Below, piece after piece: positions 31,403 through 39,301 of a stretch of DNA of 64,000 nt. Location: positions 96,001 to 160,000 of the forward strand of contig CAWEJX010000004.1 of assembly GCA_963809485.1 (NCBI GenBank). The letters are read 5' to 3'. Each line of letters begins with the position of its first letter. Position 1 is the first letter of the stretch. The position numbers and the translations under genes are program-made. A model generated the notes under the pieces. It searched no databases. It was not told the origin of the DNA and was given only the letters and a program-made list of their open reading frames with translations. This stretch comes from an uncultured Acidobacteriota bacterium (GTDB lineage: Bacteria > Acidobacteriota > UBA6911).

Positions 31403-31453
31403 AAAACAGCCGCAGATCGCCAAAATCGCGCGATCTGCGGCTGTTTTTGTTTT
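31403..31453 (+). terminator. intrinsic terminator
   Basis: AAAACAGCCGCAGATCGC/GCGATCTGCGGCTGTTTT stem followed by a T-tract. Confidence 0.8.
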
Positions 31454-31765
31454 GGGACCCGTTCGTCAGCACTTATGTCAACGCAGGTCCGCCTTTTCGA
31501 CCATGGCGTTGTCAAACTCCATCCGTCCCCCGGCAAGGCCCGTGGTTCGCCGGTGGAATATCCTGTCCGCGGCAGGCACTGAGGATTGGACTGTCCAAGT
31601 CTGCGTCTGTCGACTATAATCGCGACAGGTTCGAGCTTTGGACGTTGCAGTGCGTGCATCGCCGGTGGAGAGAATCTCTGCAATCGGCAAAAGCATCCCG
31701 CACTGCCTGGCATAACAGGTAGGGGAATTGCCGAAATGGCGAGATTTGAAAGGGGAGAATTGGCG

Positions 31766-33250
31766 ATGATCAATGGGAATCAGAAAAAAGCCCATGTCGG
31801 AAGACGAGATTTTATAAAAACAACCACTATGGCGAGTATGGCTGCGACCATTCCGGGGACAAGCCTTCTAGGCCGGGACGCCGCCGGCTTTCCGAAGCCG
31901 CAAGCTGCAGGGAAAAAGAGAAATGTACTTTTCGTGGGCAACCCCCGTCCGGAACATGAGCGGCTGATCGAGTCCATTAAGTCCCTCAAGGAATTTGAAT
32001 TCGCTGTGTCCCCCATCCAGGTCAATAGCAAGAATCCTCAGGAGACCATCCATTCGATTCAGGCCCGGGATGCCGATATTCTTTTCATGTGCAGCATGCC
32101 GCGTACGGGAATATCCTCCGGGAACATCGCTGCAGCCATAGGCAATCTGGATATCCCTGTAATACTTTTCCCTCAGGACCTTGACCTGATCATGGTGGAA
32201 GCGGACCTGGTGGCGGCGTTTCGGATGAGAGGCACCCCGGCCATGCTTGCCAATTCCGACACACACGCAATGGAGCTTTTAAAAATTGCCGCGACTCCCA
32301 GGATACTGGAAGGCAAGCGCGCCGTCATTTTCGGCAGGCCCTTCGACTCGTCCAGCGTGCCGGCCCTTAACCTCAATGAAGACTATGTCTACCGGCACAC
32401 GGGCGTCCGGATCAAGTACCGCCCGATAGAGGAATTGGCGCCACTTCTGCAGACCGTCGACGAAGCAAGCGCCCGGAAGGAAATGGAACGGTGGAAAAGG
32501 GAAGCTTCAAACATCGTGGAGGCCTCGGACCAGGCGATAATGGACGCATCCCGTCTGTATGTGCTGTTACGCTCCATTGTCGACAAGGAGGGATTGTCCG
32601 CAATCTCGATCGATTGCCTGAGCTTCTCCTTTGACGCCAAGCCCACCCTCCCTTATCCCTGCCTCTCGTTTACCAGATTGCGGGACGAAGGGATTGCCGC
32701 TCCCTGCGAAGCCGACGTATGCGGGCTTTTGACTTCCATGCTTCTACAGGAGATCAGCCGGAAGCCATCCTATTTTCATAACGTATCCTCGGTGGATGCG
32801 AAGAATTCCAGTATTGTGCTCCGCCATTGTGTCGCTCCGCTGAAGCTTCTGGGATCCGATGTCCCGCCACTGCCGTATGTCCTGCGGGACTATCACGGGA
32901 TGGGAAGAGGCGTGACGCCGGAAATCGAATACCCGGCGGGAGTCGAGGTCACCATGGGCGGATTCAGCAAAGACCTGAGAAGCTTCGTCTGGTGGCCGGG
33001 AATGATCAAGGCAGGAGTCAACGATAAGGCCCGTCCCTCTTTCCCCAATATGGCCTCTTCTAAAATGCGCCGGTACTGTTCCAACAGGGCGGAAGTGAAA
33101 ATAAAGGATACCGATCATTTTATTCAAAAGATCTCCGGGATCCATCAGGTGATGGTCGCCGGAAGCTATGTGGGTTCTCTGCACGACGCAATGCTTAGGA
33201 TGAATGTAGACCTTATCGGGCCTTCCGATCCCAAACCGCCCGAAGTGTAG
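31766..33250 (+). CDS. Tat-signal L-fucose/L-arabinose isomerase-like protein
   Basis: GRRDFIK; AISIDCL...PCL...GIAAPCEAD...LRHC...LRDYH...CSNRAEV...GIHQVMVAG. Confidence 0.7.
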   Translation: MINGNQKKAHVGRRDFIKTTTMASMAATIPGTSLLGRDAAGFPKPQAAGKKRNVLFVGNPRPEHERLIESIKSLKEFEFAVSPIQVNSKNPQETIHSIQARDADILFMCSMPRTGISSGNIAAAIGNLDIPVILFPQDLDLIMVEADLVAAFRMRGTPAMLANSDTHAMELLKIAATPRILEGKRAVIFGRPFDSSSVPALNLNEDYVYRHTGVRIKYRPIEELAPLLQTVDEASARKEMERWKREASNIVEASDQAIMDASRLYVLLRSIVDKEGLSAISIDCLSFSFDAKPTLPYPCLSFTRLRDEGIAAPCEADVCGLLTSMLLQEISRKPSYFHNVSSVDAKNSSIVLRHCVAPLKLLGSDVPPLPYVLRDYHGMGRGVTPEIEYPAGVEVTMGGFSKDLRSFVWWPGMIKAGVNDKARPSFPNMASSKMRRYCSNRAEVKIKDTDHFIQKISGIHQVMVAGSYVGSLHDAMLRMNVDLIGPSDPKPPEV

Positions 33251-33371
33251 GAGGTTCGTGGAAGCGGAAAACATGGGAGTGTTCCCAATTCAGTGGCCCT
33301 TGCGAGGGAATCTCGGGCAATCCGCAAGAGAAACCCATGGGAATACATTACTTGGAGCCGTTTTCACGAGG

Positions 33372-33620
33372 AATCCGGCGGGATGACTCGATCGCTGCAT
33401 GCCATTTCGCACGGAGAATTGGCCGCCGCTTTACAGTACCACTTTGTTCGGACCGGTAGTATTCATTGGAATGCTGCTATATCCTGTGATCTGCACGGCC
33501 GAAGCTATCCGCGGAAAACAATCCACTCCGGGAATCGGCGCAAAAACGACAAAACGGGCTGTCGCAATTCTCGCTCTTGTCTGGCTCGCGTACTGGGTAG
33601 CCCGGCTGTTCCTGGAGTAG
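33372..33620 (+). pseudogene. 5'-truncated DUF2752-like membrane protein fragment with +1 frameshift (33443-33445)
   Basis: GGMTRSLHAISHGELAAALQYH then (L)FGPVVFIGMLL...LVWLAYWVARLF in the adjacent frame. Confidence 0.55.
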
Positions 33621-33835
33621 CAGCGGGCTTCGAAGAACAGAGCGAAACGGTCATTCACACGATGGCGGCCGGCTTCACTCTTATACGGGTCCGATTGGCA
33701 CGTCGGCTCCGGGCCGTTAGCCTGAATTTGGCAAATATCCTCCGAGATAGCCGGAAGTTTTATGGTGGGTGTACACTCACAGAGGCTTAATCGCAACCAA
33801 TGAAAAATAATGGAAGTTTCATGCGCCGTGGATAG

Positions 33836-33933
33836 CTTTAAAGCTTTTTGAACCGCGGAATGTCGAATGATGAATATCGAATTTCGAATGTCCTTCTGCG
33901 GTTCGACATTCGAAATTCGATATTCATCATTCT
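33836..33933. repeat. short-period palindromic intergenic repeat, copy B
   Basis: TTTAAAGCTTTTTGAACCGCGGAATGTCGAATGATGAATATCGAATTTCGAATGTC...GACATTCGAAATTCGATATTCATCATTC long hairpin. Confidence 0.65.
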
Positions 33934-34026
33934 CTTTTCTGTTTCTTCAGGACGCACCCCGGAACGGTAGAACCTTTTCAAGTCACGCCGCATTAGGCGG
34001 CGGTTTGCCCTAATGCGAATGACAAA

Positions 34027-35241
34027 TTAGGCCAGAAGCTCCTGGGCACGGATCAGGCGTTCCTGCACTCGGACTCCGTTCGGGCACCGGATGGCGCAGG
34101 AAGAGCACTCGCTGCAACGCACGCTGCGGATGCTCCTGGGCAGATCCATGAAATTTAGGCGCGCCTGCTCGAGGCTGCCGCCGAAATCGTTGTAGGCCAG
34201 AAAACGCAGCTCGTCCGTGACCGGCACGCCCTTCGGGCACTCTCCCTTGCACTGGTAACACATGCGGCAGTAGAGTGGGCGGTTCTGCTCATTGCGAACA
34301 TATAGCAGCTTCTCGTCGGCCGGGGTGAACGATCCCGTCATGGCCCGGATGTTCATATCCACTTCTTCGACGCTCTCATGATGCGGAACCGTGGTGCCTA
34401 TCGCGGGATTCCTCAAAACCCATCGGATTGCCGCCACAGGAGTTTCTTCAGCCTTCAGGACGGGCTGTTGGGAAAAATCCTTGGGCGGTTCGGTCAACCC
34501 GAATTCCTCCAGGCGCTTGGGAGGCCACTTCTCCGGTTCTGCCGTAAATTGCCCGGGCGCGGTGGTCAAACCTATGACGACCTTCATTGCCACTACGCCA
34601 ATGCCGGCGTCGCGCAGCTTTTTAATCGCCGCATCCCTGAAAGGAGCGCCAATCGCATAGCTGTAGGAGGTCTGTACGACGTCCAACCCGCATTTGATTA
34701 TGTGGTCCACCATATTGTTCGGGTCATGGGTGCTGCATCCTGCGAAGCGGATTTTCCCCTGCTTCTTGAGCATTTCCATGGCCTCCATCGCTTCTTCTGG
34801 TATTCTTTCCGGCGCATCCCGGGCGGCCAGCAGATAGACGTCCACGTGATCCGTGCCGATTGTCTGCAGGCTGGCGTCGATGTCCTTGAAGATTGCCGCT
34901 TTGGTCGCCCCACCGGTCTTGGTTGATATCAGGATTTTGTCCCTCTTGCCTTTGATGGCTGTGCCAAAGACCTTTTCACTGCGTCCTTCCCCGTAGTGCC
35001 GCGCGGTATCGAAGTAATTGATTCCCCGGTCGATGCAGTGCGCAATGACATCGGTGAGGGGATAGTTGCCCAGGCCGTATCCGACACCCGAAACCTTCAG
35101 GCCGGTCTTGCCCAGCGTTCTATAGGCGATCCCGGCTGGCGCCTGGGATGCCGCTTCAAGGCTGCGTGAAGAGATCAGCTCGGCAGCGGGCAGCATAAGT
35201 CCTGCTTGCAGGAATGTCCTGCGTGATGACCTACATTTCAT
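34027..35241 (-). CDS. Tat-signal aldo/keto reductase with Fe-S C-terminus
   Basis: SRRTFLQ; YRTLGKTGLKVS; NYFDTARHY; CRMCYQCKGECP...CSECSSCAIRCP. Confidence 0.9.
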   Translation of the reverse strand: MKCRSSRRTFLQAGLMLPAAELISSRSLEAASQAPAGIAYRTLGKTGLKVSGVGYGLGNYPLTDVIAHCIDRGINYFDTARHYGEGRSEKVFGTAIKGKRDKILISTKTGGATKAAIFKDIDASLQTIGTDHVDVYLLAARDAPERIPEEAMEAMEMLKKQGKIRFAGCSTHDPNNMVDHIIKCGLDVVQTSYSYAIGAPFRDAAIKKLRDAGIGVVAMKVVIGLTTAPGQFTAEPEKWPPKRLEEFGLTEPPKDFSQQPVLKAEETPVAAIRWVLRNPAIGTTVPHHESVEEVDMNIRAMTGSFTPADEKLLYVRNEQNRPLYCRMCYQCKGECPKGVPVTDELRFLAYNDFGGSLEQARLNFMDLPRSIRSVRCSECSSCAIRCPNGVRVQERLIRAQELLA

Positions 35242-35494
35242 AGAGCCTCCTCCCGGCAGGGTTTTCAAAATTCGGGATCTAAAATAAGGCTTCCTGAAAA
35301 TCTATTGATTTACACGTTTCCTGCATTGTTGCACGATAACGGCAGGATTTTCAATCCAGTCGGCATTTTTGCAGGCAAGGCGGAAAAGGGCGTGCCCCAA
35401 CCCATGCGTTCTCCTTCGGAGCCCTCTTGTAAAAGTATCCTCCGGCAGAGCCGACGGATTTCCCAATGGATTGCGTGTCTCTGTCCTGCCGGCC

Positions 35495-35618
35495 AGTGGA
35501 AAAATCAGCACTGTTGTTGATTTTTCAACACCTGCTTTGGCTGGGAAATAAATACCCAATAAATAAATCATTCATAAGCAATTACTTATAGGAATGCATC
35601 CTCTGGCTCGCTTATTGC
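35495..35618 (+). promoter_or_regulatory. enhancer palindrome TGTTGA-N4-TCAACA (35515-35530) plus sigma54 promoter TGGCTCGCTTATTGC (35604-35618)
   Basis: canonical -24/-12 spacing; palindrome about 75 bp upstream with a weaker adjacent copy; AT-rich IHF-like stretch between. Confidence 0.7.
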
Positions 35619-35664
35619 GATTCCTGAAATGGCTTGATTCATCAAAGCCTGAAAGGAGCTGCAA

Positions 35665-36171
35665 ATGAGAAAATCGTATATAAACCTGGCCGCAGTACTC
35701 TTTATGGCCGCCGCTTCCGGTATTGCCGGCGTGAAAGTATCACCTGCCGAACAATTGCTTGGTCAGTATTTCCTGATTCATAAAAGCCTCGCATCGGACT
35801 CAATCGAGGGCGTTTCGGCCGCCGCGGCCAGGATAGCCGACATCAGCCGCCGCACTGCTGCAGCGGAGGTGAACGGCAAAACGCAGTTGATTGCGCTTTC
35901 CGCTGCAGCGGCAAAACTTCGGGCAACCGACCTGAAGTCAGCTCGAAACGGATTTGGCGAATTGAGCAAAAATCTGATTGCATTTTTGCAGGCAAATCAA
36001 GCAAAGACGAATCCCCCCTATCAGTTCTATTGTCCCATGGTCAAAAAACACTGGCTGCAGCCTGCCAAAGAGGTCCGCAATCCCTACTTTGGCAGCTCCA
36101 TGCTCAAGTGCGGTGAATTGGTTCAATCCGGCCAAGCCGCAGGGCAATCCGGCGGACACAATAAACATTGA
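35665..36171 (+). CDS. DUF3347-type periplasmic heavy-metal-binding protein
   Basis: signal peptide; FYCPM...WLQ...VRNPYFGSSMLKCGE. Confidence 0.85.
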   Translation: MRKSYINLAAVLFMAAASGIAGVKVSPAEQLLGQYFLIHKSLASDSIEGVSAAAARIADISRRTAAAEVNGKTQLIALSAAAAKLRATDLKSARNGFGELSKNLIAFLQANQAKTNPPYQFYCPMVKKHWLQPAKEVRNPYFGSSMLKCGELVQSGQAAGQSGGHNKH

Positions 36172-36207
36172 TCCGCAGGCTTCGAATCCGCCTGCAATGG
36201 AAGAACT

Positions 36208-37548
36208 ATGGTTGAGCGAGCCAGATTCAGATCATTCTCTCGTTGGGTTGCTGTGCTGATACTGCCCCTCATCCTGATGCCGCCATTTGCGGAGGCCCAA
36301 GCAGGCAATCCGCAAGACACCATCGAATTTCAGGCGAAGGAAGCTGATGCAGAATTACCGCCTGTGAATCTTGAGCATCTGATAAGGCAGATGCTTTGGG
36401 GGAATCCTGAACTTCAGGCTGCCCGCAAACGCTGGGAAGCAGCCCAAAAACGTCCCGGGCAGGAAAGAGCGCTCCCCGATCCCACGGTCCGCTTCGGCTG
36501 GTCAAGCGCCGGAGCTCCCTATCCGGGAGCAGGATTGGGCAGCGCACCCACAGCGAACCTTGGAATAGAGTTTTCCCAGAGGATCCCCTTCCCCGGCAAG
36601 CGCGGATTGAAAGGCAGCATGGCCCAGCAGGATGCCCGGGTCGAGTCGTTTATGTTTGAGGGCTCCGAATTGAACCTCGTCGCCAGGCTCAAATCCGCCT
36701 TTTACGCACTGCAGTTCGCCTACGACGCGATCGACGTGCTAAACCGAAACCAGATTCTCCTGGAGCGGCTGGCAAAATTGGCTGAAAACCGCTACTCCGC
36801 AGGCCAGGCAACCCAGCAGGACCTCATCAAATCCCAGGTCGAGCTTTCCCTGATTGAAACGCGGCTGCTTGAAGCTGAGCGCGAAAAGCGAAGCATGGTT
36901 GCGGAAATCAATTCGCTGCTGAACCAGGACGTCGGCGCCGGTCTTGGCCGGCCGGATCCCATCGAAATTCCGGCGCTTCCATCCCTTGAATCCATACAGA
37001 AGTCAGCCATGGAATCATCGCCGACACTTCGCGCCCAACGCGCAACCATCGACAGCCGGCGGTTTGGCCTCGAGCTGTCCCGACGCGAACACTATCCGGA
37101 TTTCGAAGTCATGGGCGGCTATTTCAACCAGGGCTCGATGAAGGATATGTGGGAGTTCCGCATCCAGATGAACATCCCGTTTTTTTTCACCCATAAACGG
37201 AGGCTGGCGGTAGAAGAAGCGGTCGCGCGGTTGAGTGAGGCGCAAAAAACCTATGGGGCCGGAGAACAGATGATTAGTTACCGGATCAAGGACCAATACC
37301 TGGCAGCCGAAAATTATCGCCGTTTGATGGATCTCTATCAGAAGCTGATCGTTCCACAGGCGAACCTCGCGCTGGAATCCTCGCTATTCAGTTATGGCAC
37401 GGGGAAGATCGACTTCCTCTCCGTCCTGTCCAATTTTTCCTCGATCCTGGAAAACGAAATGAAGTTCTACGAAAACCGAGCCCGGTTCCTTCAGTCGCTT
37501 GCCGTCTTGTCGGAACTGGCCGGAGAAAGCGCAGGCATCCAATCATGA
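36208..37548 (+). CDS. TolC/CusC-type outer membrane efflux protein
   Basis: NPELQAAR; ALPDP; RYSAGQATQQDLIK; YGTGKIDFLSVL. Confidence 0.88.
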   Translation: MVERARFRSFSRWVAVLILPLILMPPFAEAQAGNPQDTIEFQAKEADAELPPVNLEHLIRQMLWGNPELQAARKRWEAAQKRPGQERALPDPTVRFGWSSAGAPYPGAGLGSAPTANLGIEFSQRIPFPGKRGLKGSMAQQDARVESFMFEGSELNLVARLKSAFYALQFAYDAIDVLNRNQILLERLAKLAENRYSAGQATQQDLIKSQVELSLIETRLLEAEREKRSMVAEINSLLNQDVGAGLGRPDPIEIPALPSLESIQKSAMESSPTLRAQRATIDSRRFGLELSRREHYPDFEVMGGYFNQGSMKDMWEFRIQMNIPFFFTHKRRLAVEEAVARLSEAQKTYGAGEQMISYRIKDQYLAAENYRRLMDLYQKLIVPQANLALESSLFSYGTGKIDFLSVLSNFSSILENEMKFYENRARFLQSLAVLSELAGESAGIQS

Positions 37549-38876
37549 AGAATTTTGTTCTTGGATTCTTTCTCGCCGTCATCGTCCTGACTGGCGGTTA
37601 TTTCGCTTACTTCCGACTGAGCGGCGACACGGCCGGAGGAACTGCGCAACCTGCGAGGATCCTGTATCACTGCCCCATGCATCCTACCTATGTTTCCGAT
37701 AAACCAGGAAACTGCCCGATCTGCGGCATGGAACTGGTTCCTATCGAGCCCTCCCCTTCCTCCAATTCGCACGCCGGCCGGGAATCAAACGTGACGGGCG
37801 CTGACTCAGGCCAGGCAAGTGTTGTCGAACCGGCTGTCCCCGGGTATGCGCCCGTCATAATTCCTCAGGACCGGATCCAGAGCATGGGAATCACGTTTGC
37901 CGAAGCCCGCCGCATGGAGTTGGACCAGAGTTTCCGGACCTATGGAAGGATCACCTACGACGAAACCAGGATCCATCACGTCCATACGAAGTTTGAAGGA
38001 TATATTGAGACTCTGTACGCAAATTATGTCGGGGAGTTCATAAAAAAAAGCCGGCCTTTGTTCAGCATCTACTCGCCGGAGCTCTTTGCCACCCAAAATG
38101 AATACCTGTTGGCCCTCCGCGCCCGGGAGCAGATGCCTCAGCTCGGCGGCGACGATACCTTCGCCGTAGCCGGGAATGTGGATCTTGTCGCCGCGGCGCG
38201 CCAGCGCCTCGCCCTTTGGGATATCGGCGACCGGGAGATCCGGGAGATCGAGAAAACCCGCAAACCTATACGGGCGCTGACCATTTATTCGCCGGTGGCG
38301 GGCTATGTTACGGGGAAAACAGCCGTTCAGGGACTGAAGGTAACCCCAGGCGATAACCTGTACGATATCGTCGACCTCTCGGTTGTCTGGGTGCTCGCAG
38401 ACGTCTACGAGGTGAATCTCCCCTTCGTTAACGTGGGCCGGCCCGCCAGCATGACTTTGGCTTACCGGCCAGGAAAAACCTGGCATGGGCGGGTAGATTT
38501 CATTAATCCGACCGTTGATCCGGCAACGCGAACCGTCAAAGCCCGCCTTGAATTTGCGAATCCGGGCAATGAACTGAAGCCGGATATGTATGCCGATGTT
38601 GTCATCAGCGGAACCAGGGGGACGGGTGTTGCTGTGCCGGAGAGTGCCGTGATTGCTACCGGGGAGCGAGATATCGTTTTCGTTTCTAAGGGAAATGGGG
38701 TGTTCGAGCCGCGCGAAGTTATCCTGGGAGTCCGAGTGCGGAATTTATGCGAAATCAAACAAGGCGTCTCGGAAGGCGAAAAAGTGGTGACGGGGGCGAA
38801 CTTCCTCCTCGATTCGGAATCAAAGCTCAAGGCCTCTGTCTTAACCGGGGCCGGAGAGCATGGACATGGCCAATGA
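37545..38876 (+). CDS. cusB: CusB-type efflux periplasmic adaptor with heavy-metal-binding domain
   Basis: YHCPMHP...PGNCPICGMELVP; YSPEL; LKPDMYA; FLLDSESKL; His-rich tail. Confidence 0.9.
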   Translation: MKNFVLGFFLAVIVLTGGYFAYFRLSGDTAGGTAQPARILYHCPMHPTYVSDKPGNCPICGMELVPIEPSPSSNSHAGRESNVTGADSGQASVVEPAVPGYAPVIIPQDRIQSMGITFAEARRMELDQSFRTYGRITYDETRIHHVHTKFEGYIETLYANYVGEFIKKSRPLFSIYSPELFATQNEYLLALRAREQMPQLGGDDTFAVAGNVDLVAAARQRLALWDIGDREIREIEKTRKPIRALTIYSPVAGYVTGKTAVQGLKVTPGDNLYDIVDLSVVWVLADVYEVNLPFVNVGRPASMTLAYRPGKTWHGRVDFINPTVDPATRTVKARLEFANPGNELKPDMYADVVISGTRGTGVAVPESAVIATGERDIVFVSKGNGVFEPREVILGVRVRNLCEIKQGVSEGEKVVTGANFLLDSESKLKASVLTGAGEHGHGQ

Positions 38877-38900
38877 TGCGTCTGCCGGCGAGGCTGATGA

Positions 38901-39298
38901 GTCAGGCACCTCCGGCAAAGCCGGAGGCTTGAAAGATTTGAACCGCTCAAAGCGGTTGGACTAGTTACGCCGGTCTTGAACGCTGACTTACGCGGGCAAA
39001 AGCCGATGAGGCGCTTCCGATCCCCGCAGGGGCCAGCGCTCCGCGCTGGACAGTTTTCTGCGGCGGCACTGTGGCAAGCGCCGTGCGGCAAGGAGATGAA
39101 GGGTATGAGGAACCGGGCGTTTGCCACAGTACCGCCGCAGAAAACTCCATCGGAAGCGCCTCATCGGCTTTTGCTCGCCGACCCTCGCCGAACAAATCGG
39201 CGTTTGTCAGCGCTTTTGTCAGCGTATCTCAGCGTTTCAAAATACGGAGCTGTCAAACTCCATAAGTCCCCCGGCAGAGCCGGGGGTTTACCAATAGA
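38901..39298 (-). mobile_element. IS200/IS605-type MITE copy 6 (full length), between cusB and cusA
   Basis: both end hairpins; the ATTA flank overlaps the cusA ATG. Confidence 0.85.
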
Positions 39299-39301
39299 AT
39301 T

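Noticed and set aside
3840-39298. Repeats as a possible CRISPR array
   Set aside because: The copies are dispersed and 100-400 bp long, with no repeat-spacer periodicity and no cas genes
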